This document shows, piece by piece, positions 29,668 to 38,926 of a stretch of DNA of 64,000 nucleotides; within the stretch, counting starts at the first letter, position 1, and the number at the start of each line of letters is the position of its first letter. The notes under the pieces were generated by a model. It was not told the DNA's origin. It was given only the letters and a program-made list of their open reading frames with translations, and made no database searches. Both the position numbers and the translations under genes were made by a program. The stretch comes from an uncultured Verrucomicrobiae bacterium (GTDB taxonomy: Bacteria > Chlamydiota > Chlamydiia > Chlamydiales > Rhabdochlamydiaceae): contig CAWDYW010000001.1 in assembly GCA_963806855.1 (NCBI GenBank), positions 1,184,001 through 1,248,000 of the forward strand. Direction: 5' to 3'.

Positions 29668-30840
29668 ATGTTGAAGCGATGCGCGGGCATTCATATTCCT
29701 GTTTTTTCTTTGCGATCTAAAAAGGGGCTCGGAACTGGTGAGTTTCTCGATCTCATTCCTCTCATTGACTGGTGCAAAGAGGCTGGATTAAAACTGATCA
29801 AACTCTTTCCCGTCCACGACACCTCATTGACAGATACTGAAAGAGATGCCTCTCCATTCTCTGTTTTGTCAGCTTTCTCGCTCCATCCCAACTACTTGAA
29901 CATCCGGACCCTCGCGCCAGAATTCGAGGAAGAGATCAAGCCGATCTCTAAGGTTCTCAACCAGCCCCATCTGGAATACCGCCGCACCTACTTGGCTAAA
30001 AATGAGCTGCTCAGACTGCTTTTCATTTTGCGCAAAGAAGAGGACCTCTCGTCAAAAGGCTTCCAACAATTTTTCAAGAAAAATGAAGACCATCTTAAGA
30101 GCTACGCCGCTTTCTTATTCTTAAAAGAAAAATATGGGACTGCTGACTTTCACAAATGGGGACGCTATAGCCAGTATACTGAAGAGATCGTCGAGGAGAT
30201 TTGCGACAACCACCCGGAGAAGGTCAACTTTCACTTCTTTGTTCAATTCCACCTCCATCAGCAGTTGAAAGAGGTCGTAGATTATGCCGAAGAGCAGGGG
30301 ATTGCCCTTATCGTCGATTTTCCACTCACTACCCATCCCCATAGCGTAGAGGCATGGCGAAAGGTGAGTGAAGCTGCTCAGTTGAAATGGATCCAGCAAT
30401 ATTTTGAGACCTTGCAGCAGTTGCCAGTTGTCTGTGAGAGGAAAGGGGGAGAGGGGATTTTTCAAGATCCGCGAAATTTTCCAGAAATGTCGATCTGCAC
30501 CCCTTCTCTTTACAAAATGCTACCCTTAAGATCGTGGTGGGAAGAGGATGTGGAGAAGACTGCTCTCTACTACAACACGATTTTAAAACACGAGCTGGCT
30601 CCTCCCGCAGTTTTGACAGAGAAACTAGCTCGAGAAATCATCCAAGGATATCTTGATTCCAAGTCTAAAATTGCCCTTTTCCAGATGCAAGATCTGATTG
30701 CGATGAATGATGATCTCAAAGCCCCTCATCCCGAGCGGGATCTTGTACATTGGCGCTCTCATATCTATATAGAAGAGTTTCTCTTGGTTAAAAGCTTTGC
30801 CAAAGAGATTCGGGAGATGGTCAAAGAGGCCAAACGATGA
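29668..30840 (+). CDS. 4-alpha-glucanotransferase (GH77, MalQ-like), internally shortened and probably inactive
   Basis: GIHIPVFSLRS, G.GEF.DL, SPFS..SAF.LHP.Y, VQFHLH.QL; only 390 aa and no RIDH or THD motif visible. Confidence 0.75.
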   Translation: MLKRCAGIHIPVFSLRSKKGLGTGEFLDLIPLIDWCKEAGLKLIKLFPVHDTSLTDTERDASPFSVLSAFSLHPNYLNIRTLAPEFEEEIKPISKVLNQPHLEYRRTYLAKNELLRLLFILRKEEDLSSKGFQQFFKKNEDHLKSYAAFLFLKEKYGTADFHKWGRYSQYTEEIVEEICDNHPEKVNFHFFVQFHLHQQLKEVVDYAEEQGIALIVDFPLTTHPHSVEAWRKVSEAAQLKWIQQYFETLQQLPVVCERKGGEGIFQDPRNFPEMSICTPSLYKMLPLRSWWEEDVEKTALYYNTILKHELAPPAVLTEKLAREIIQGYLDSKSKIALFQMQDLIAMNDDLKAPHPERDLVHWRSHIYIEEFLLVKSFAKEIREMVKEAKR

Positions 30841-33035
30841 AAGAGTTCCCTTCATCGATCTATCATTTGCAATTTGGGGAAAAATTTGGATTAAGAGAGG
30901 CGACAAAAATCCTCCCTTACCTCGCAAAGCTCGGGATCGAAGGAGTCTATTGCTCCCCCTATTTCGCTTCTGCTAGCCCTCATGGATACGATGTTATCGA
31001 TCCCTATCGAATTGCAAATCCAAAAGAATATGACGTGTTCTGTAAAAAAATGAAGAAGCTGGGACTCTATCATATTGCCGATTGGATCCCAAATCACATG
31101 GGGATCAAGGGAGATAACCTCTGGTGGCAGGATGTTTTGGAAAAGGGTCAGAAGTCACCCTATGCCCGTTTTTTTGATATCGATTGGAGTAAGGGGAAGA
31201 TCGATTTGCCCATTTTAGGAGAAAAAGGGGAAGTCAAAATCACTGACTGGCGCCTTCCCATTAGTGGATTTTACAAGTTGGTCCCCTGGCAGAATTCAGC
31301 CAAAGAAGTGAGTTACCGACGCTTTTTCAATATTAATGAAATGGTTGGGTTGCGGATGGAAGATCCAAAGGTTTTTAGGGCTTATCACAAAAGGCTTTTT
31401 GAACTTTTGAAAGAGAAAAAAATCGATGGTCTTCGGATCGACCATCCCGATGGCCTCTATGATCCAACCGGTTATTTCGAAAGCTTGAGAAGGCACCATA
31501 AGGGGCTGATCGTCGTTGAAAAAATCCTCGGTTGGCAAGAAGAACTTCCCAATTGGCAGGTTGAGGGGACAGTTGGCTATGAATTCCTCAATATGCTCAC
31601 TGGGATTTTCGTCAAAATAGAGCCCCGCTTGACTAAATGTTACGAGCGGTTTATTGGCAAGCATATCGACTTTGCGGATTTAGTTTATCAAGATAAGAAA
31701 TCCTATGTTAAAGCAGAGATGCTCGGCGATTTGCACCGGCTGTGTAAAATCCTACCGGAATGCTCTCCGGAGGCTGTTTTAGAACTGCTCGCCTCATTTC
31801 CGGTCTATCGCTCTTATATTCGCCCTCAAGGGCCGGTGCCAGAGCGGGATGTTCCTTACCTGAAAGAGGCTCTTGCCAAAAATCGAGACCTGTTTTTAAA
31901 GAAAGTGTTTTCCCTTAAAGAGGATAGCCCAGCTGCCCGTGAATTCATCCTCCGCTTTCAGCAACTCAGTGCTCCGGTCATGGCAAAGGGATTTGAGGAT
32001 ATCGCCCTTTATAATTATAACCGTTTGCTCGCCCTGAATGAAGTGGGGGGGAGTCCGGAGCGTCTGGGGGTCACAAAGGAGCAGTTCCATGCCTTTTGCC
32101 TCTGTAAAAGGGAAAAATGGCCCTATGGGTTTTTAGCAACCTCTACCCATGATACCAAAAGAAGCCACGATGTGCGGATGCAATTAGCCGTCCTATCAGA
32201 AATTCCAGATAAATGGGAGCGGGCACTTCAATCTTGGAAAAAGAGTAATCAAAGATATAAATCGATCGTCGATGGGAAGCTCTGCCCCGATCCAAATGCT
32301 GAATACATGCTCTATCAAATCCTCTTGGGAGTTTGGCCAAGTCGCCCCTCCTTCAAACGACTGTGGCAATGCTTCCATAAATCGATCAAAGAGGCGCGGG
32401 AATACACCTCTTGGATGAATCCTAATTTTGAATATGAAAAAGGGTGTGAACAGTTTTTAAAATCGATTCTAAAAAAAGGGACCCCATTCTTGCTCTCCTT
32501 TAGAAAGTTTCAAAAGGAGATTGCCCGCTATGGGAAGTTAAATAGCCTCTCCTCGAGCGCTTTTCAGCTAGGGTGTCCTGGAATAGTCGATATTTATCAA
32601 GGGTGTGAAAACTGGCGCTATCTCCTTGTCGATCCCGATAACCGCGCTGCCCCTAAGTTTAGCGCACCAGAATCGGAAAAAAGTCGACTGCATCGCAAAG
32701 CGCTCCAATTTCGCAAAGAGCATAAAAAGCTGTTTTTGGAAGGGGAGTACATCCCACTTGAAGTTCGAGGAGCTCATAAAGACCACGTGATTGCCTATCT
32801 GCGCTCATATGGCGACGAGAATTGCCTTGTTGCAGTGGTCCGCTTTTTCGCCTCACTGGATACCCTTGCCGATACGTCGATTCTCCTTCCTAAAAAAATA
32901 GAAGGGGGAGTGGAGCTATTTTCCGAGCGACACTTTGTCGGAAAAACCATTAAGGCAGATCAGCTGTTTGCACAAGCTCCTTACGCTTGGCTGTTTTGGG
33001 CATCAAAATCGCCGACAAGAGGCCAACGACGCTGA
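30837..33035 (+). CDS. treY: Malto-oligosyltrehalose synthase (GH13)
   Basis: HGYDV.DP, PNHMG, YRRFFNI, GLRIDHPDGL.DP, VVEKIL, TSTHDTKRS.DVR, LVDPDNR. Confidence 0.93.
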   Translation: MKEFPSSIYHLQFGEKFGLREATKILPYLAKLGIEGVYCSPYFASASPHGYDVIDPYRIANPKEYDVFCKKMKKLGLYHIADWIPNHMGIKGDNLWWQDVLEKGQKSPYARFFDIDWSKGKIDLPILGEKGEVKITDWRLPISGFYKLVPWQNSAKEVSYRRFFNINEMVGLRMEDPKVFRAYHKRLFELLKEKKIDGLRIDHPDGLYDPTGYFESLRRHHKGLIVVEKILGWQEELPNWQVEGTVGYEFLNMLTGIFVKIEPRLTKCYERFIGKHIDFADLVYQDKKSYVKAEMLGDLHRLCKILPECSPEAVLELLASFPVYRSYIRPQGPVPERDVPYLKEALAKNRDLFLKKVFSLKEDSPAAREFILRFQQLSAPVMAKGFEDIALYNYNRLLALNEVGGSPERLGVTKEQFHAFCLCKREKWPYGFLATSTHDTKRSHDVRMQLAVLSEIPDKWERALQSWKKSNQRYKSIVDGKLCPDPNAEYMLYQILLGVWPSRPSFKRLWQCFHKSIKEAREYTSWMNPNFEYEKGCEQFLKSILKKGTPFLLSFRKFQKEIARYGKLNSLSSSAFQLGCPGIVDIYQGCENWRYLLVDPDNRAAPKFSAPESEKSRLHRKALQFRKEHKKLFLEGEYIPLEVRGAHKDHVIAYLRSYGDENCLVAVVRFFASLDTLADTSILLPKKIEGGVELFSERHFVGKTIKADQLFAQAPYAWLFWASKSPTRGQRR

Positions 33036-34314
33036 CGATCAGCAGCAACAACATCCCATTGTGAAATCCCTGCACAAATTCCGATTGCATCCGGACGATG
33101 GTGACCGTGACCGCTAGGCCCATGCTGCCGCCAATTTCCTGGATCGTGACAAAGGTGCCCGACGCAATCCCAGCAAAATTCTTCGAGAGCGCAAAGAGGG
33201 CTCCCGTGGTAGTGGGAGTGATGATGAGACTGATCCCGAGGCCGAGGCCACCTGCCGCCAAAGCCATCGTAAAGGGAGTGATCTCATGACTATAGTAAAA
33301 CTGCAGAAAGGACGAGAAGATCATCATGATAAACCCAATAAAGATCAGACGGCGGGGGCCTACCTTGTCATAGAAATAGCCAGAGAGGGGAGAGATGAGC
33401 CCAATCGGCACAGAAAAGGCGAGCATCATCAGGCCCGCTTGCATCGGACTAAAGCCAAGCTGTTTTTGGATGTAGAGGGGAATCAAAAAGATCCCGGCCC
33501 AGAAGAAGGCGATCATACAAAAGTTACCTAGACAGCAGAGCAGAAACATCCGATTTTTGAAGAGGTCTTCGCGGATGATCGGCATCTCAGCTCTTTTTTC
33601 GGCCACAAACAGCAGAATAAGCGAAAGGATGCTCATGCCATATAAACACAAAATCAGCCAAGTGCTCCACACAGTGCTTTGGACAGTGGCCAGAATAAAG
33701 GTCCCAATTGCCAGCGTCAGCAGAATGACCCCCGGCCAATCGAGCTTCGTCGATTCTCCCTCTGTTTTTGATTCCCTGGCAAAGAGCCAAGTCAAGAGAA
33801 AGCCTACGAGGGCGAAGGGAAGATTGATCAGAAAAATCGAGCGCCAGCTAAAGTAATTGAGGATGATCCCTCCAATAATCGGACCGAGCGCGAGGGTGAT
33901 CCCTCCTGAAGAGGCCCACATCCCAATCGCCGTGCTTTTCTTCTCCTCTGGATAGAGATCGATCAGCATCGCCTGGGAGAGGGGGAGTAGGATAGCCCCT
34001 GCAAGCCCGTAGATCGCCTGAAATCCGATGATCATCTCCGGATTGACCGCCAGTCCGCCCCCGAGCATCGCGACGGCAAAAAGAGTCGTCCCAATCAAAT
34101 AGACCCGCTTGCGTCCAAAAATATCGCCGAGTCGTCCCATCGTCACGAGCGTAGAGGCGATAAAGATCCCATAGATATTGATGATCCACTGCAGCTCTGC
34201 CAAATTTGCGCCGAGCGCTTGCTGAATCGACTCAAGGTTCGTGTTGATCAGCGAAAAGCTGAGCCCCATCGCCATGTTGCCCATGAGAACGCCGCAAATC
34301 GCCAGCCACTTCAT
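32950..34314 (-). CDS. MFS transporter, DHA2 (14-TM) drug/H+ antiporter type
   Basis: GRLGDIFGRKR motif A, GPIIGG, WRSIFLINLP, LDWPG. Confidence 0.9.
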   Translation of the reverse strand: MKWLAICGVLMGNMAMGLSFSLINTNLESIQQALGANLAELQWIINIYGIFIASTLVTMGRLGDIFGRKRVYLIGTTLFAVAMLGGGLAVNPEMIIGFQAIYGLAGAILLPLSQAMLIDLYPEEKKSTAIGMWASSGGITLALGPIIGGIILNYFSWRSIFLINLPFALVGFLLTWLFARESKTEGESTKLDWPGVILLTLAIGTFILATVQSTVWSTWLILCLYGMSILSLILLFVAEKRAEMPIIREDLFKNRMFLLCCLGNFCMIAFFWAGIFLIPLYIQKQLGFSPMQAGLMMLAFSVPIGLISPLSGYFYDKVGPRRLIFIGFIMMIFSSFLQFYYSHEITPFTMALAAGGLGLGISLIITPTTTGALFALSKNFAGIASGTFVTIQEIGGSMGLAVTVTIVRMQSEFVQGFHNGMLLLLIVSVVGLLSAILMPKTAKRKELVQTADLP

Positions 34315-34775
34315 TAATGGATCCCTACATAAAGCAATACATCGGTATTGCTCACTGGATCAAAGCCAAGGGGATAGACCTCGAAATCGGCGACAAAAGT
34401 CCTTCTCAGATTACCTTGCCAAACCCATTGCCATATCTCCATCATCTGATCGGGGAATTTCCCAGAGATCTCAAACACCGCATACTTGGCTGCAGGCACT
34501 TGCTTGAGCACGAGCCCCTTTGGAATCCCTCCCGCAACCGTCACCTCGCAACCAGCGACAAGCGTATAGGGCTTAGTGTGGTCCTTCTCATATTCGCAAT
34601 AGAGACCGAGCACTTCTCCCGTCTTCTGATTGGGAATTTTCGTTTGAATTTCCTCTCGATAAAACCGGCCCCAGAATGGGGGAATGTCTTGACCAGACTG
34701 CCAATTCTCATTGGTCGTTCTCAAATCAATTCCCATGACCTGCATCGGCCCCTTCTCAATCACAGTGTAATGCAT
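34314..34775 (-). CDS. GyrI-like small-molecule-binding protein
   Basis: GIDLRTTNE, IPPFW.RF, LY..YE.D, W.WVW, DFEVY. Confidence 0.85.
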   Translation of the reverse strand: MHYTVIEKGPMQVMGIDLRTTNENWQSGQDIPPFWGRFYREEIQTKIPNQKTGEVLGLYCEYEKDHTKPYTLVAGCEVTVAGGIPKGLVLKQVPAAKYAVFEISGKFPDQMMEIWQWVWQGNLRRTFVADFEVYPLGFDPVSNTDVLLYVGIH

Positions 34776-34864
34776 TTTTTTAATCCTCTTGAATCTATCC
34801 CTATCTATAGGCTAACATCGATCAACATTTTAAAAAACCCAAACAAGAGATCAAAGGAGTGCAC

Positions 34865-35254
34865 ATGTCAGATATGCCGTCAGTAGGCCAATTTTGTTGG
34901 AATGAGCTTTCGACAACCGATCCAAAAAAGGCAAAAGAATTTTATGGAAAAGTCTTCGGCTGGGAATTCGAAGAGCATCCGATGGGGGATATGAACTATA
35001 TCATGGTCAAAGTCAATGGGAAGAAAGCAAGCGCCGGAATTTGGGCCATCCCTAAAGAGATGCAAAGCCAAATCCCACCCCATTGGATGTCCTATATTTT
35101 GGTTGAAAACCTCGAGAAATCTTTAGAAAAAGTGACCAAACTCGGCGGAAAAGTGGTCCGTCCTGCGACAGAAGCAGGCGATTTTGGTCGTTTTGCCATT
35201 ATCACCGATCCCACCGGGGCGATGATCGCCATCTGGGAAAACAAACCCCATTAA
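34865..35254 (+). CDS. VOC/glyoxalase family protein
   Basis: FCWNELST.D...A..FY..VFGW, PHWMSY, GRFAII.DPTGA. Confidence 0.9.
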   Translation: MSDMPSVGQFCWNELSTTDPKKAKEFYGKVFGWEFEEHPMGDMNYIMVKVNGKKASAGIWAIPKEMQSQIPPHWMSYILVENLEKSLEKVTKLGGKVVRPATEAGDFGRFAIITDPTGAMIAIWENKPH

Positions 35255-35409
35255 AAATTGCATCTGCCCTCCTTTCCTGGAGGGCTAATTCCTTAACTTA
35301 TTGACATTCAATTATTTAAATAGTATTAAGTTTTTATTTGACTATTATTAATAAAACTTTTATAATTATGCTATGTTTATTAACAATAATAATTAAAAAG
35401 GAGAAAATA

Positions 35410-35592
35410 ATGTCAATTCAAGCAACAGGATCATCTGACGGTATTAATCAGTTAAAGAGTGTGGAAAATACCCGTTCGGAAAATATCCATCAGCAAGAAG
35501 CAGATAAAGTATTTGATATCGAACAGCCTAAAAAAGTTTCGGCTGTAGGTTTACGTGCGATGTTCGCTCAGATAGCAAAAAATGGTAAATAA
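35410..35592 (+). CDS. Small hypothetical protein (60 aa)
   Basis: AAGGAG RBS, upstream TTGACA at 35301, downstream terminator; Ser/Thr-rich N-terminus MSIQATGSSDG. Confidence 0.6.
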   Translation: MSIQATGSSDGINQLKSVENTRSENIHQQEADKVFDIEQPKKVSAVGLRAMFAQIAKNGK

Positions 35593-35610
35593 TTTTTCAA
35601 TTTAAAATTC

Positions 35611-35654
35611 AAACCCATCGGAAAGGACTAAACTCTAGCCGATGGTTTTTTTTT
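35611..35654 (+). terminator. Rho-independent terminator
   Basis: CCATCGG / CCGATGG stem with a long loop, followed by a T tract. Confidence 0.6.
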
Positions 35655-35750
35655 GATAATCAGCTTTAAATTTAACATTCTTTTGGGTATAATCTTCGCA
35701 GTTAAAGAAAATTTAATAATAGATGACGACTTAAAGAATAGGAGAATAAT

Positions 35751-36599
35751 ATGTCAGGAATATGTAGCTATCTTCCCACCCAAGGACTCAGCGATTGGTG
35801 TGCAGGAATTGATATTACCGGCGTCCGCGCTGGCATCGCACTATCCATAGTGGTGATCTTTGCGCTCACTAAATTTCAAGGGCAAGTTGCGCTCCAAGAA
35901 CGGCAGGTTCAACCCTTACAAGGTAGGGTTCAAGGCGATGAAAAACTTCGTTTACTCCAGGGGACTGAAAAACTCTCTGCGTTTTTGAAAGAAGCTTTTG
36001 GGGACCCAGTTGCAAAAAAGGTCATAGCAGATGGTTTTATAAGAAATCCGTTAGACGTTTTAGGCCGATTATATCCAGAATCTCAAGCTAATCAGCTATG
36101 GGCATTTTTGCTGCGGGCCACATGTAGTACCGCTATTAGTCAACAATTTGATGTAGAAGTAGTTGAGGCACCGAGTTCAGATGGAGTCCAAATTCGTGAG
36201 CCAGCTAAAGATGTAGTCATTGATTTTATGGATCTTTCAGAAAAGCTAAATAAGGGTCCATTAAGCTGGAAGTACAAATTTAAGAAACTTGGTGAGGCTG
36301 GCCAAGAGATAATAGTGAAGGGATTCCTTAATGAGGTAGAAAAACTGGCGGAGTGTTTAGATGATTTGTACGAGCAGGACTTTGATGAAGCTGCCGGAAG
36401 AACCTTTGGTGGGGACTTAGCAGTTGATCTGAGAGACTTTCTAATGAAGCCAGCTATTGTGAAGCCTGCAGCGGTCGCGTCTATAGATGATGCTAACGAT
36501 AAAGGCAAAGATGAAGCGCTAGTGGCGCCGATTGCTGATGGGGCACAGGTTGAAGAAGAAGGGCCGCAAAGGCTAGGCATGATCCCGGTCGAGAACTAG
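35751..36599 (+). CDS. Hypothetical protein with an N-terminal TM helix
   Basis: AGGAG RBS; 282 aa ORF; acidic C-terminus. Confidence 0.65.
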   Translation: MSGICSYLPTQGLSDWCAGIDITGVRAGIALSIVVIFALTKFQGQVALQERQVQPLQGRVQGDEKLRLLQGTEKLSAFLKEAFGDPVAKKVIADGFIRNPLDVLGRLYPESQANQLWAFLLRATCSTAISQQFDVEVVEAPSSDGVQIREPAKDVVIDFMDLSEKLNKGPLSWKYKFKKLGEAGQEIIVKGFLNEVEKLAECLDDLYEQDFDEAAGRTFGGDLAVDLRDFLMKPAIVKPAAVASIDDANDKGKDEALVAPIADGAQVEEEGPQRLGMIPVEN

Positions 36600-36905
36600 A
36601 AACAACATAACATCTATTATCGGACGTATTCTGAATGTGTGTGATCTTGAAGAGATCACATTCATGAACCATATGACCTGTATGGGTGAAAGTCCCCCCA
36701 GACAAAGAGAAGGAGCAAATTTCATATCTTAGCCAGTATTGCGGGAATCTCAGTCAATTGACAGTTGCCTTTTTTCTCTTGCTTATTATTTGTTGATAAT
36801 TATAATGAATCATCTTCTTCCTGTGAAACCGAGGTAAAGAAGTTTGATACTTAGGCCTTTTCTTTGCCAGGAAATTACAGAAAAAATGTTACACCACCAG
36901 CCTCT

Positions 36906-36988
36906 CGCATATGACCCTCCGAATTTGAAGCGAAAATCGGCTCAAAGAACCCGAAAATCGACTGAAACTTTTTTATTAGGATAAGTTC
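36906..36988. mobile_element. Palindromic miniature element family A, half copy (right arm only, copy-2 type end)
   Basis: CGCATATGACCCTCCGAATTTGAAGCGAAAATCGGCTCAAAGAACCCGAAAATCGACTGAAACTTTTTTATTAGGATAAGTTC aligns to the right half of copy 2. Confidence 0.85.
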
Positions 36989-37060
36989 AAGTAGGTGAAG
37001 CCATTTTTTTCGCAGCCAAAAAGGTCGAGAAATAGAAACGTTCTAATTATTAAGAGATTT

Positions 37061-38512
37061 ATGAGTTTTGTTGGCGATTGTTTTAAAAAAATTCTAAATA
37101 TTAGGCTCCAAAGTGTTTTTCAAATTGGAGTTTCATGCGGTAATGTACTCAGTTCTGTTTCAACCCTGGCTTTGGGTTATTTATTACCAAAGCAGTCTGT
37201 TCGACCAGACTCATTTGTAGAAACTTTTTCAGAAGTGACTTCTAAAATGCGGATGAATTTGGCTTCCAGGTTCTGGAAATTCTCAGCTTTGTTTAGGGAA
37301 CATATCCCTTCACGATTGGGAGCTGATTATTTGAACGTATTGGCTATTTTGATAACACAATCTTCTACAGAAAGTCATGAGCTATCATTGAAAGAGAAGC
37401 AAATGATAGAGGAAGTATTTTCTCAAGCGGTTCTGAATAAGAATTATCTAGATAAGTTCGATTTCTTCATTGCTGCCAGTCAAAATGGTCAAATAAGAGA
37501 ACAACACAATGCTTTAAAAGAAATTTTTAGAATTTGCAACCCCCATTTTTTTCATCATTTTAAAAGTAAGATTCAAAAGTTATCACAAATAAAAAATATA
37601 CATGAACTAGATCCGCTATCTGAGGAAGAAAAGCTAACAGTATATGACATTAATGTTTTAATCAATGTAGCTTCACTGAAACCTTTATTAGAAAATTTGA
37701 AGAATAATCGAATCAAAGGGACAGAAGAAATATGTTCAAACTTTGTTCAACTAGAAATGTTGATGAAAACCCCCTTTTTTGAGGATTTAAAAAAACTCTG
37801 TTTGCAAAGCCGTCCTGCGGGAACCATTTTTCTGGGAGATCGTCGTACTTTTCAAGCACTTAATGGCTCCAGCTTTGATTGTGTAACAGCGATGCAACAA
37901 CTATTCATGGGTAGAATTTGCCATATTGGGATATTTGTTAATCCTGAAGAAAAAGGTCTTCACTTGTCACATGTCAACCGGATGACAAAAACGCATGCTG
38001 TCTTGCCTATAAAAAATCCAATAACTTTACCCTTTGCTTACGCATTAACTTTAGATATAAGGCCCCTCATTCCATCCCATTTAACTGAGCGAAAACAGAA
38101 TGAGCTCATTGAAATTTTTTTCCAGGAATTTCACACACTTGCTCAAGAAGAGCACCCAGAACTTCCTTTAGCAGAAACTAAACAACATCTCAAAATGCTA
38201 CTCTTTGGACATAAATCATTCTATGCTCAAAAGCTCGCAGAAGTTACTTATCCTTCAAAAGGTTCTGCAACAATGTGTTCTACCTATGTAGGAATCACTT
38301 TTCTTAAAGCCGTTCAAAAGATGAACCTCGTTTTAGAAGAACAGGGGTTCCAAGAAAGAATCCCTCATCCATTTGGTGAACGGGAAAATCTAATGAATAT
38401 GGATATTTTGCGTCTAATTTATCTTTTGAAGGAGTTAAAACTTGTTAAGCCATCGCCAATAAGTGAAACATTAGCAAAAGTCATTCATTCCACAAGCGCT
38501 CTAGCATTTTGA
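37061..38512 (+). CDS. Hypothetical protein with a putative permuted papain-like (NlpC/P60, YiiX/LRAT-type) domain
   Basis: PAGTIFL ... ICHIGIF ... MCSTYV in His-before-Cys order; low GC. Confidence 0.55.
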   Translation: MSFVGDCFKKILNIRLQSVFQIGVSCGNVLSSVSTLALGYLLPKQSVRPDSFVETFSEVTSKMRMNLASRFWKFSALFREHIPSRLGADYLNVLAILITQSSTESHELSLKEKQMIEEVFSQAVLNKNYLDKFDFFIAASQNGQIREQHNALKEIFRICNPHFFHHFKSKIQKLSQIKNIHELDPLSEEEKLTVYDINVLINVASLKPLLENLKNNRIKGTEEICSNFVQLEMLMKTPFFEDLKKLCLQSRPAGTIFLGDRRTFQALNGSSFDCVTAMQQLFMGRICHIGIFVNPEEKGLHLSHVNRMTKTHAVLPIKNPITLPFAYALTLDIRPLIPSHLTERKQNELIEIFFQEFHTLAQEEHPELPLAETKQHLKMLLFGHKSFYAQKLAEVTYPSKGSATMCSTYVGITFLKAVQKMNLVLEEQGFQERIPHPFGERENLMNMDILRLIYLLKELKLVKPSPISETLAKVIHSTSALAF

Positions 38513-38834
38513 TTGATTTATCTGTTTGATAAGACTGGTAAAATGCTCTCATTCTAAATATGTTACGTCTAGAAAATCCTTCAATGCCTGGGAATGCTTT
38601 TTGCAAATCTTCTCCGAGTTTTTCAATGACTCTTGCTCCCCAGTTCTCGTTTTTTTGGCGCTCGACGATTGTTTCCCCTATTTCCCAATATAATCTCACA
38701 AGTTCTCTGTTGACATTCAGATTAACTTTAATTTGTGCAACTCGGATTCTGTCTTTGAGGTCACTAAGAAGTTTGGGATAAGCGGAAGGCATCCCGGCGG
38801 AGGGTTTTTGTATTTTTTCTATCGTTGTTTCCAT
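38481..38834 (-). pseudogene. YhcG/DUF1016 N-terminal domain only (truncated)
   Basis: VNRELVRLYWEIG..I...Q....WGA.VIE.L..DL...FP...GFS.RN...MR.FY; the C-terminal PD-(D/E)xK domain is absent. Confidence 0.8.
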
Positions 38835-38926
38835 AGAAAATCTCCATTTGAGGGAATAGATTAATCTAAAATTTAATTGACATCAATGAGGATTTTTTTC
38901 TCCCTTCAAAGCCAAAAACCAACTTT

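Noticed and set aside
36632..36663. TGTGA...TCACA palindrome resembling a CRP site
   Set aside because: The spacer is 11 bp rather than 6; it is better explained as a hairpin after the upstream gene's stop.
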